A stretch of 64,000 nucleotides of DNA, from contig NW_025964361.1 of assembly GCF_023055435.1 (NCBI RefSeq), positions 6,572,001 through 6,636,000 on the forward strand, written 5' to 3'. This document shows, piece by piece, positions 52,738-64,000 of the stretch. Below the pieces are notes generated by a model. It ran no database searches. It was given only the letters and a program-made list of their open reading frames with translations, and was not told where the DNA came from. A program made the position numbers and the translations under genes. The DNA is from Haliotis rufescens (lineage: Eukaryota). Every line of letters starts with the position of its first letter. Position 1 is the first letter of the stretch.

Positions 52738-55730
52738 TCAACCTGTGAGATACTTCCTGCCAAAGAACTGGACCTTCTTCTCAAATGGTGATGACTTGAT
52801 GGGAGTGTTTATTTCATAGAAGGGGTTCATGGCCAACTGGAACAAAATCAGACAAACATGACAAATGGAAATCAACTTCATCATCCTCAATAGTTCATGG
52901 TATGCACAATTAACAAATAAAATAAGAAATGTCAAATCAATTTAATAATAATCTTATTACTAACTTGCTTATTGTTGGAAGAGACAGATAAAATACTGGA
53001 AATATATATTTCAGTCTTCATGTTCAAATTAGCAGTGTAGCAAATAGAGTCAATGACTGTCTACCTGAAAATGGGTGACCAATGTTTGACGACTGGCCAA
53101 ATACTCGTACTGCTATATTATACAGTCGTGCCTCGTTTATACGGACACCTGCGTCATTTCACAATTCGTCCGTATAAACGAATTTCCGTATAACTGAAAC
53201 CAGCTTCTTACTGGAAGAGTTACTTCCCTCCAATTATGCAACTCATGACAGATGACAGAGCAAACAGATACATCCACTCAATCTTTATTCAAGACATACA
53301 CGTTTCAAAAGATCTGTCATGGAAGTTTGAACTTTACCACATTTTGAGGTTTGAATTTTAAACAATAATTCCAAATTGTCCAGATCGCCTGTGTTCTCGT
53401 AATATGTTATCAAGGTCTGTGTTCTCGTAATATGTAATCAAGGTCTCTATACAAGCACAAGCTTCCTCGCCATATTTATCGAATGGGATTACATGTACAA
53501 TAAACCAGCTCGTCTCAAACGTAACTCAGTGTCACTGGTTAATTGACTTCTCAGGAATCAAAGGATTACCACCAGCGGAAGGATTACCACCAGCAGAAGT
53601 GTATTGTGCGGTTAAGTGAGACAATTTTGTGTGCATTTCAGTGTTTTGTGTATGAAAATGACCATCCGGTTCCGGAAACTGAATTTCCATACATACGGGT
53701 AAATTTATATAGTAATTATTTCGTTTTGAATGAAAATTGTGGTTTCCGGATATCTGAAGTCTGCATAAGCGGGGCATGACTGTATATCTGAAACCCTTCA
53801 TTCTCCGAGGATATTGGTCACACTAATATGAAGCTCTGAAGTTGTGGTTGCAAGTGAACAATGACATTATTATTATACATTTTGCATTTAATAACGGTAT
53901 TAAAAATGTAAAGTATATCAGGCTCTGTATCACTTAGTAACATTAATAACGCATCGAATGGTTACACTGTGGCGATGCAGTGTTTGCTGTTTAGCACCGC
54001 ACTCAGCAATCTTTCAACTATGTCACTGTGGCCTATTAAAACTTGAGTCTGGACTAAACAAACCACAAGAAAAATTGCTAAATGATATAATTTTATTTTT
54101 TTTATATCAAAATTCAACGAATCAGACATTTTCATTTATCATATTTATGGAATAAGATTCCGAAAATTCCAAATCAAGATCACTGACATTCAGTTTCTTG
54201 AAATTATAGAGAGAAAAAGACATTGATTATAAACATGATAAATGATAATTGATAATTTGTAACACCTGCAACCAATAATACTGGCTATTGCTAACTCAGC
54301 CATAAGCTGTCCCTTACCTTTACGTAAGTGTCATATGTTTCTGTAAAGAAGTTTTTTATGCCATCTTCATTCTTAATATCATGGAGCATCAGCAATCTCA
54401 TTCCTAAAACAATGTCAAGGAAACACAGAAGTAGGTTGTGATGTACTTTCTACATAAAGTTAGTCAAGCCTCAAAAATGATTAAAATCTCTTGATATGTG
54501 AAAATGTATCTACACTAGAGAGTAAATACTAATCACTGTCATGAGTGTAATGATCCTTGAAAGTGTGTCATGCGGTGTTACTGAATTGAACACTCAAATA
54601 CTTTGTCTGGAAATCAGAACCAGTAAAATTCTCACGATATCACTTTTTAAATGTGTAGAGTGGCAAAAGTTTTCCATATCACTTGTTTGTAAATATAGTG
54701 ATCATTTGGTTTAGATGTCATAGAGACCTACACAAAAGTACTATCGCTGTGAAGAACTTGCAGAAACGTAAGGTATTGAGGCCATCAAGAGTTATTCCCC
54801 TTGCAATATGAAGCCTTCTTAAAACCCTATTAAATCAACCATTTCTCTCATGCTGCACATGTCAAGTAGGCCATTACTTGACCACTCCTTGAACTCTGAA
54901 GTAATTAGCAAAGGATACGCCCAGCTGTCACAAATGCTGAGACAAACCACTCGTTGAACTTGTCCACGATCTTGAGATACATGTTGTTGGTGACCCACAT
55001 TTGCTCATCTACCAGATCAAGAGCCGCATGGGCAATAAACTGGTTTAGGTGGCGATGATCATCTCTCTGTAGGACAGAGAAACTGGTTTAATATTCTAAT
55101 AATCATTTCACAGACAGGAGGTTCCAGTAAACACATATCAACAGGTAGTGTACCCTACGATTTTTCACCCATATTCTTCTCCAAATTAATTTAGAAGTTA
55201 CATTGTTTGATCAATTGATCAGTTTTTTTCAGGTTTTCATCCACCATTTGTACACCCAGGTAGATGCAAGGAATGCAGAACACACTAAGGGAGTGGCTCT
55301 TACTTTCTTGTATGTACATCACGACAGACGCTGAAGCTTGTATATGAACCAAATTTCATCACCTTTATCAGTTCAAACTTTACATTACAATGCTCAAAGT
55401 ATTAATTCTATAATGACAATACATGTAAATAATAACTATGATTATTAATAACACAAAATTACCCAGTAAATGATTTATTCAATCATGATAAATAGTTCTA
55501 ACCCCCCATTTCTTAAAGTGAACATAGTGCTATGACAATTGAAACTACTTTAATATGGAATTAAAACAGTCATAAACATATCATGTCAGTAAACATGATA
55601 AACACTGCCTTCCATATCAGGGAATGCAACTTACCTTTGGATCATTTGCCTTATTGGGAGGGCAAAATTCCATCTCAAATATTGGGTTGTCATAGTGTCC
55701 TACTATAACGAAGTAGTAGTTTCCTGACAT
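52738..55730 (-). CDS. TRAPPC2: Trafficking protein particle complex subunit 2 (sedlin), 4 coding exons, 142 aa
   Basis: Exons: 55730-55635 ([32 protein letters not shown]); 55066-54919 ([49 protein letters not shown]); 54403-54318 ([29 protein letters not shown]); 52836-52738 ([32 protein letters not shown]). Total 429 nt in frame, with unmistakable sedlin motifs. AATAAA lies at 52539-52534. Confidence 0.97.
53123..53782. mobile_element. Non-autonomous Tc1/mariner (pogo/Tigger-like) DNA transposon in the last TRAPPC2 intron
   Basis: TA|CAGTCGTGCCTCGTTTATACGGAC ... GTCTGCATAAGCGGGGCATGACTG|TA: TIRs match at 19/24, TA target duplication, no transposase. Confidence 0.75.
54404..54918 (-). other. 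U12-type (minor spliceosome) GT-AG intron in TRAPPC2
   Basis: 5' site GTATCCTTTG (54918-54909); branch site TTTCCTTGAC (54423-54414) immediately upstream of ATTGTTTTAG. Confidence 0.9.
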
Positions 55731-56549
55731 CCTTCAAACACTGTCTATCTACAAACACAAATATATCACAATGCATTTTATACCTGGTTCTCTTGATGAT
55801 TGTTTTTGATATATATCAAATTATTAACATGATTTGGAGGTCATTAAGGTCAAGTAAAAATCTGATCAGAATGAATGTGGCTTTGAAAATATGTCAGTCA
55901 AATCATGATATGTCACCTTAATATGACTGGAAAACATAAACTGATGCAGGTTTTAGATTTCTACCACCTTGGTAAAACCAACAAGCAGAGGTTTGCTGAC
56001 AATAAAGGATCCTATTCAGACCGAATCTGGCATTCAACCAAAAAGCCAGGGTTCCTGTTACAACTTAGAGAGGAAAACTTGAACAACAAATTGTTTTACC
56101 CGAGGCCATATATGTATTCTTGAACACTATACTCAGCAATGTTTCAGATATTATGAGATATATGACGGCGACTTGTAAATAATCAATGTATAATGATATC
56201 GATCCACATCATCTGGGTACGTTGACACACCATCACATCCACAGAGCATGACCACCCGATCCACTTAGTTGCCTCTATTGACCACAATGATCATTGATTA
56301 ATTAATTCATCGGAGAACCATGTATAAATTTTCGTTAATATGCTATCACGTCCAATAAACCTAATCTAACTTTTACATTATGATGTCCAGTTCCCATCAC
56401 ACTCACAAAACTCAGTTTTCAGCTGTGTCTATGATCTAGGCTTCACAACAGTGCAACAGAATCACATTTGTGTCATCCACACATCCCTCCTTGTATAAGC
56501 GATGCAAACAAGCCTGGAATTTACGGCAATGCATAAAAGGCTAGCACTG

Positions 56550-56975
56550 TACCTTGGTGTTTGTATATAAACAGTGTCGACACAAAACTGGCTACAAGGA
56601 CACTTAAGTGTTTGCTTTACATCCGCCTGTTCCCCAAAATTGACAGACACCCTCCCTCTGAGAAAACCGGAAGTGATGTAAAAATTGCCGCTGAACCGAA
56701 CAACGTTCTGTCTGGATCCACTGAAAATAGTTCCCCTTAAAATACGTGATTTCTAAACTGGCATGTCACCTCGATATATGTAGTGATCACTGAAGTAGTA
56801 GAAGTGATTGATCCACATGTTTCATGATAAAACCTAATAATTGATTTTCACATTAAAACGTTGAAGGGCGCACTGGTGTATTCTTTCGCAGGCGTCCAAA
56901 ATGGCGACGAATTCTGCAGCTCTGAACGCTGTTGCTTGATACCGTTTCGTGTTCTGAACACTTTCATTCAAGGTA
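56550..56975. promoter_or_regulatory. Putative bidirectional promoter and non-coding first exons of TRAPPC2 (-) and PCM1 (+)
   Basis: Lies between the two divergent genes. ETS/GABP ACCGGAAGTG at 56666-56675 and YY1 CAAAATGGCG at 56897-56906. Candidate donors AAG|GTACCT (+, 56972/56973) and AAG|GTACAG (-, ~56552). Both ATG exons are preceded by splice acceptors (55749 on -, 58803 on +). Confidence 0.6.
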
Positions 56976-58863
56976 CCTGACCCACCAATGATCAAAACAA
57001 TGTTGTATTATGTGCCATTGATGTTCAAAAGGGATATTGCTGTTGATGACATCAACTGCAGAAGATATTTTGTCTCCTCGTCTGAAAAATGCAGACATTC
57101 CAAAATGTGATCTGACATGCTCCATGTCAACCAACACGGGATTCAGCTTAACGGCAGTTGATGTGAATGTAACACGCAAAAGCAATGCAATATTTTGTAT
57201 TCAATTTGTAGTGATGTTGTTAAATTGAAATACGAATACATTATTTCACGATAAATGTAAATAATGCCATACCAGACATTATTGTAAGCATACTAATCGC
57301 CTGTCTGTTTCATGTAGAATGATACACATGCAAGACGCCATTCGAGATCTATCGGTGCGGTCTCTATTTATATGCATGGTAGCCATTTCTCATTAGATAC
57401 TATTAGACATGTCAGATTGGGATCTACATTTGTGACACTCCGTGATACTTATTGCTAATCATGATACAAGCACTTGTTGAAGCAAGTATTAGTAAAAGGG
57501 TACTGCACTTTACTGGGCACTCTTTTCGGATGTCAATAAGTACTGTGAGCAGTGGAGGATCAAACTCGCATTACCAGCTCAAGACTAATGGAAGTTGAAA
57601 TCCTAGTCAACTCATTCTTTATAACCAAAGCGATTGAGACAGTCTAACTAGCAAACACTTTACCACTACTCACAAATAATGACTGCTCATTTGCCTTGTG
57701 ATCAGCACCTGATTGATTACCTTTATGCACATGCACGGTAACCCCATTATTACATAAAACGTTTTACATATTTACCTCAAATTACATTGGATTAATTCAT
57801 TAAGATGGGCGAATCAATGAAGTCACTGATGCCGAAAACCTGATATATTTAGTTGCCTCTTATGATCATGAAATAACCATTTAGATTCCGAGATGTGTTA
57901 GGGAAAAATATATGACACTTAGAATCAATTTTCCTTCAGCAAGACTGTGTGTATTACAGAAGCACCATTAATCTTTTATGTATCTACAAGACTCATAACT
58001 ACTGTTTTTTGTAAGGTTGTGATTCTCAAATTATTTATTGTCTGTGAAAATTTAGTATATATAGTATATGGATGTTAGGTGCAGATGTAACGAGAAAGAA
58101 AGGTCTTTAATTAAGAATACTATATCACATTTTAGAGACAAATAAAATGTCATTTATATTTTAAAAGTTTCATTACACAGTATCCCATTCATTCCTTGCT
58201 CATAGTCATAGAAGATTTTCTCTGGTATAGACTATCTTCTAGGGTAACCATGGTGAATCTAATGTTCTCATATAATATTATCATGATGTAAATTGACTAT
58301 AATATAGGGTTTTATGCGGTGCACAAATGTTGAGAATGGACGCAGAAAAAGAAAATACTGCGCCTCAAGGGATGCACATTAATATCCATTGTACCTACAG
58401 CGCATCAAGATCAGTTATGGGTGTCTGTCATTTCATCCATCAATCATGGCCACTGTCCACTGGATCCAATACATTCCAGGCTCTAATGTAATTATCAAAA
58501 CGTACAGTACACTACACCATTTCGTTTTCAACAGAACCCTCATATTGCCAGCTTGGACCCTCAAAGTTCATTGGCACCCCCATTGTTGTAAGTCAAGGGA
58601 AAACTCTGAACAATATATACAACAACTTTTTATGTGTAAGTAATTGATTTGTTATTATGTGACAAGAGATCTGTTCACTTTTTGTCGCAAAATGTCAATT
58701 GACAGACTCAATGGCTATTAGCATAATATTAATAAGGAGAGACAAAAGTTGTGTTTTGTTGTGAATAGAACGTCTGATTTTAAACATATGTCTTGTATTT
58801 CAGCAGCTCTAAGGTTTGAGATTTCCTCAGTGAAAGGTATACCCAGGGTATGACTGGATGAAT

Positions 58864-60846
58864 ATGGCAACTGGAGGTATGCCATACTCAAAGAAGGACT
58901 CGAAACAGCGAAGTAACTGGCAGAGATCTACCAGCTATTCAGATCGAGATGATGCCCACAGTCTCAATAGTGTTCCAAATGATGTGCGCATTAACAACTG
59001 GGTATGTGATATTTGCATATTTATGTTGGTGGTGCTACGATCGAGCCCCAAAGTTCCAGCAGCTTGTGTATTCAAAATGAATATGCGTATGAATAGTATT
59101 CAGATGGGTGACACAAGCAATGAATGTACCAGCAGAGACCCTGATGATAATGCATGTCCCTGTCCTTTAAAAAGTTGATCAATGTCTCAGTCTATTCTCC
59201 TGTTGTTCATGATGCCTATCAAGATTTTATATCTGCCAGACCTTTTTGGACGTTAAAATGATTTATTTTGTAGGACTTCTCTGATTGGCGACCTAATTCC
59301 CAATCTGTAGATGTAAAGCGTCGAAAGAAATCAAAAGGTAATCCTGAACGAGAACGTGAACAGTCACTTTCACTCGACTCCCCACCTCACAGAGAAGGTG
59401 AGAAGAAGCAGAGGACGCCGTCTACTTTCCCACGTACAAAGTTTACGCCATCCACACCTACACAACAGAGGGTTGCATTGGAGAATCTACGTCAACAGCT
59501 CACGTTTAGCGATTTTGATGATGTAAGTACACAAGACATGCAGATAGACCTCAGACAAGACATGAGGCTGATCCATAACAATGAAGTTCAGAGAATGTTT
59601 TCCTCAGTTTGAAGAGGCCAAATAGGAACCGTGTAGTTTGAGCTTATTAAGAATGTCTAAAGTTTATTATGCATATTACAAACACATTGAACATGTTCTT
59701 TGTTTCTTGACAATCTTCTGATATAGTGTGCTTTAGGAACCCTGTTTTGTGAATTTATTTTTATTAAGCGTTCTAATCTTGTTGCTTTTGTGTGCTTTGT
59801 AGCAATGCAGCACTGATGGTGAACCAAACAATGAAAGAATAATGAACACACGGAAACGACATGGCTCCAACTACTCCCATCCAGAGAGTGGAAGTCGTGG
59901 AGATGGCAGTCGTGGTCAAAGTGGGAAGAGCACTGATGCTGCTGCTGCAGCTGGTGGTCACAGGGAGGTGAGGAGCAACAGAAATAACAACAGAGATGAT
60001 GCAACTACCAGGGATATTGGGGTACGTAAAATGGGCAATGGCATTTCTCCCCAAAAATACACTACCTTGCAGAATATGGCATTAGAGAGAAGCAATAGGT
60101 TTTGCAGTCGATATGTATGATGACAATATTTCCAATGGGGTGGGTAGGGTTAAACAATGTTGTAACATGGCATTTCAATAATGCAGGAAACTCGTGAAAA
60201 CTTTGAGGTACTGAGCATTTTATCACACTATTGTGTTGGAAGTGTTTTATGTCTTAAAGTATGAATATAAGTAATTTGTACATATTTTTGGGGTCACTGT
60301 TTTTAAGATGAGTTACCTAATATTAGGGTCAGGTTGTTTCAATGTGTGTTCTGTGTGATTGTCACCATGTCACCATGCTGACAGCGTTGATTGTTCATGC
60401 TATCATCATGATCATGACTAGGTTATTTACAGGTCACCATGATGTGCCTTCAATGTTGTTGAATGCATATCATAGTTTATAAAACATTTATTGACTCAAG
60501 CACAGGTGTAGTGTCAGATTAATGATTAATAATGGGTGATGATTATGCTTATGGATTGTGAGATCTCCCATTCCAACCATAGTGTTCAACCTTTTACAGT
60601 TTGACACATTTGAACCACCAGATTTGTTTGCAGCAATCTGAATCCCATAACCAGAATGAATAAATGTTGGTATTCATGAATAACCATGAAAACAGCTGAC
60701 TTTTTACGTAATTGATATTAGATACTGAATGGGATGCTCTCTTTCAGCCTGATAGCAACCAAATCGTGGGGCGACTAATGCAGATTCGAGACTACATCAA
60801 GCAGGCCAACTCAATGATGGACAACCTGAAGAAGAGAGGGGACCCT
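58864..60846 (+). CDS. PCM1: Pericentriolar material 1 homologue, first four coding exons (gene continues beyond the window)
   Basis: Exons 58864-59001 (MATGG...DVRINNW), 59274-59522 (...RTPSTFPRTKF...VALENLRQQLTFSDFDD), 59803-60021 and 60748-60846 (PDSNQIVGRLMQIRDYIKQANSMMDNL). All are GT-AG and phase 0. The blocks match my recollection of the vertebrate PCM1 N-terminus (MATGG, TPHTFP, LEKLKQRINFSDLD, SQIVSRLVQIRDYI). Confidence 0.85.
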
Positions 60847-61464
60847 GTAAGTTGGAAAACCCATCTCATGAATACAAGTTGACACTGATGAATTTGATGA
60901 GAGTATATTTAGAGAGTAAAGAGCTCTGAAGAATAACAAATGATCTGTTTAGGCATACATAATCTGTTGCAAGTAGGTTATTCTATGTATTCCTTGTGTT
61001 ATCCATATATATGTGAATTTAACAGTAAGAAAAATGTATGTTTGCAGCTCATATGAGATGACAGCTTGGTCAATTTGTTGTTGTAACTAGGTGACAAAAA
61101 AATTGAGATGTTATGATGGTGTGGCATTGTTTCCCCAATCATTGAAACAATTTGGAACCACTGGCGTGAATTTGCCAATCAGTTTTTCAGTACTATGTCG
61201 CATTTAGATTTATGAAAAAGGTTGTTTTTTCCCATCTCTTGTATAGCAATATGGTGAAAATATTGATATTACATCATCTGCATATGATATGTATTTACAA
61301 TCGTCTACAAAACTGTTCACATGATCAATAAGGTTGATTACAAGTGTTCGAGGATAGATAGAATTATTAAATTTATCCTAACTCACACTATGCATACCTC
61401 ATTTGTCGTTTGATCCTAAGTGGAAACATGACTAAACAAAGGTCTACAGCTTCACCTGATCACA

Positions 61465-61521
61465 CCTAGCATCACCTTGGTCGCCTAGCATCACCTTGGT
61501 CGCCTAGCATCACCTTGGTCA
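61465..61521 (+). repeat. 19-bp minisatellite, 3 copies
   Basis: CCTAGCATCACCTTGGTC(G/A) x3, near the 5' end of the DIRS-like element. Confidence 0.9.
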
Positions 61522-63089
61522 CCTCCCAACAATCTGGGTCATGCACACTTTTCATATCGGTCGACTTACATGTACTGAACACATGATTTCCCCAGCCAAC
61601 TATTCTCTTTCTAATCGTCATGGTGTAGTGATATGCAAATTGCAAGAGAATCTATTTGGCTTTTTCTTTGTTCATTTTTTTTTCTCTTTATTTCTTCTTC
61701 TTTGTCGTTTTTTCATCATGGACGAACAGTCTACTCATCTTCCCTCGTGTCTTACCTGCAGACGGGTCCTCTCTCCAGCCGACCAACACAATGTTTGTTC
61801 AGACTGTTGTGGACCCTGTGTCAAATGCATTGACTTGCCTGATGAATCCTTCAGTATTTACCTTCACAAATGTTGGCATCGAGTGCATACGATACTCTCT
61901 TAATCTGCTGAAAAAACGACAAACACAAAGAAAACTCTTGAGGAAGTCCCAAAAATCAGCAAAACTATCAACATCTTGGACAATAAGGGAAATGTATAAC
62001 CCCGCGCTTCCCATATTATCTGCTGACAACGGCAGTGCATCTGGCAGCTTTCTGACAGAAGAACTTTCCGCCTTGACCACTCAGCCCATCACAAAGAATC
62101 TACCCTCGTCAGCTATGGTGAACCAAGCTTGGGGTTTGGATGTATGGAAAGTTCTGTCGTATTGGATCCTACCAAACCTGTATTTTTCTGAGTCGGCTGC
62201 GATGCCTCTAGCTTCTATGAAGCCTACTCTAGACCCTAATCTTCCTTCATCGCCCATGGCGAGGGTACTCGTATGACACCGCTTAACTGAAGTTCCATTC
62301 TCTGTCGAGCTACTATCCCTCTCCTTTATGTGATTCTTCTTCTCCTGATCGTTACAGACACAACCCTCGTAGATCTGCTACTAATAGCAGATGACCTTCC
62401 CCAAAAGACATGCATTGCACGCTTTCTTCTACACACCGCTTGGGTTCCCCGTCTCTGCTTCTGGTTTGAAGTCGCCTTCTGTGACTCTACCAGATCATCT
62501 GGTGACACTAAATTCTTCCACACAGATACTTCCTACTTCGTGGAATCCTATTGATTTAACCTCCATCCCAGCACAACAACTTCAGTCTCTCCTATAAGCT
62601 GGTACGTCAGCATGCCTCCCTCAGTCTGGTCCTCCTAAGGATACAGTAACTTTCGTTCCGGCTTCTCTTCAACCTTATTTCATTGATAGTCGTACCTCCT
62701 CCTGTGCCAGTGGATGATTCAATTGATCGTCATGCCTCCCCTGCTTCTTCCTCAGGCAGTTTGAAACTGCAGATCCTTAATTTGGATTCCAGTTTCGAGT
62801 ACTTCAACCAAACCTTCTGCAACTTCGCCAAATATTACGCTCCCTCCCAGGCCGGTTTTAGGGGATATGGCTACAAATCTGGATAAAGCCTTTGCGTCTT
62901 TTCACCAGCTATGCCATCAATTACAGTCTCGTTTTGTGTTTTGATGCTGGCACTCATGGCCTATCAGTTTCTGCTCCTGAATTAGACAGTGACCTAGTGA
63001 CTTAGCGACGGGCATCTAAACGTCCGTTGTCCTTCTCTATGGTGAACGATAGAGAAGTGCACCTTGACATTACTATTCACCAAACTCTA

Positions 63090-63799
63090 CCCCTGGTCTC
63101 CACTATTCTCTCGGCGATGGAGGCTCTTAACACAGTTTTGGATCATGCATCACGCAAGCTTGCTTTCTATGTGTTGATGATCTTATCCAGGACAAGGTTA
63201 CAGCCATTTTAGATCTTCTTGCTCATCACACAGGGTTAATTGAGTGAAATTCATGCATCAGACGTCAACAGAGTTAGCTTCGATTGTACTTTTCATGGGA
63301 AAGTTTTTCTGGGCTTATGATGGAATTTTATTGCCAAAAATCAACTTCCTGGACAACCTGATTGGTTATTTACTATCCCGCCTTTGACGTCAATCTTGAA
63401 GACGTATCCTTGTGTCCCACATGTGCGCTTCAGATCTATCTTGTTGCGGCAAAACCTCTTCTGCGTTCCCGTAAGAGACTTTTTATCTCGCTTTCTGCGA
63501 CAGCTGTTACGGAAGTTTCCCGTACCACAATTTTGGTTTTTCTCCCAACTTATACTTTTGCTGGCCTACCTGCTCCAGTCGCTTCCAACCCTCACGAAAC
63601 TCATGCTGTTGCCTCTACTGTGGCTTTGCACAGTAATTGTACTTTGGCTGCAATTATGGATGGATATTTCTGGAAATTTGATACAGTATTTGCATCCCAC
63701 AACCTCAGTGACATATCTGTGACTGAAGTCCAAGTTCTGCATCAATTTGGGCCAATGGTTCTCACACAACAAGTCTCCAGGGCACATCGGTGCAGATAG
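63090..63799 (+). pseudogene. Tyrosine recombinase remnant of the DIRS-like element
   Basis: SEIHA...L*WNFIAKNQLPGQPDWLFTIPPL, then a frameshift, then LCPTCALQIYL...RKRLFISLS...VSRTTI...PHETHAVAS...WKFDTVFASHNLSDI. These are the DIRS YR motifs (SElHAL, AKNQ, LCPvRAL, LFIS, HstR, W..F..HY) with stops and altered catalytic residues. Confidence 0.8.
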
Positions 63800-64000
63800 G
63801 GCGAGATGTGTACCCGATCGAGTTTCTTGTACTACGTCTCTCTGTGGATACAATAAACCTTGCCTTGATTCTTTGAGTTTATTATAATATTTCGTGTTTT
63901 CCCAGACAGTTTCCCATTGGAGGATACATTCACTCACCTGCAGAGACTTTGGTCTTCATCTGGAAGTCCCTGTCCGGCACGGCCGGGTCCCGGTCCTCTA

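Larger units (their letters stand above)
61350..64000 (+). mobile_element. Decayed DIRS1-like tyrosine-recombinase retrotransposon (boundaries approximate)
   Basis: Cys-rich gag-type N-terminus at ~61719-61900 (CLTCRRVLSPADQHNVCSDCCGPCVKC) and a disrupted YR at ~63090-63799. No RT/RNase H is recognisable between them. Confidence 0.75.

Noticed and set aside
59842-59853. MNTR in PCM1 exon 3 matching the array protein's N-terminus
   Set aside because: Four-residue coincidence; the DNA similarity does not extend.

Overview
Eukaryotic (metazoan) genomic DNA, probably a mollusc; the interspersed repeats resemble families I associate with abalone, unverified. About 1-48,960 is the right-hand end of a head-to-tail tandem array of a ~3.45-3.62 kb unit. 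Fourteen near-identical units are visible, the array continues off the left edge, and one 148-N gap lies inside it. Most ORF-track entries there are microsatellite artefacts. Read on the minus strand, each unit appears to carry a compact three-exon gene that the track misses. It has phase-compatible GT-AG introns, a CAAGATG start, a microsatellite-filled 3' UTR and a canonical poly(A) site. The predicted product is an unrecognised 111-aa protein with an acidic/aromatic tract and a basic amphipathic C-terminal helix. One copy is truncated by a 73-bp deletion. The terminal copy is diverged in its non-coding parts but has an unchanged CDS. Right of the array lie SINE/MITE-rich DNA, a complete TRAPPC2 (sedlin) CDS on the minus strand with a U12-type intron, and a putative bidirectional promoter. 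These are followed by the first four coding exons of a PCM1 homologue on the plus strand and a decayed DIRS-type tyrosine-recombinase retroelement in a PCM1 intron. All identifications were made by eye or from memory; no database search was run.
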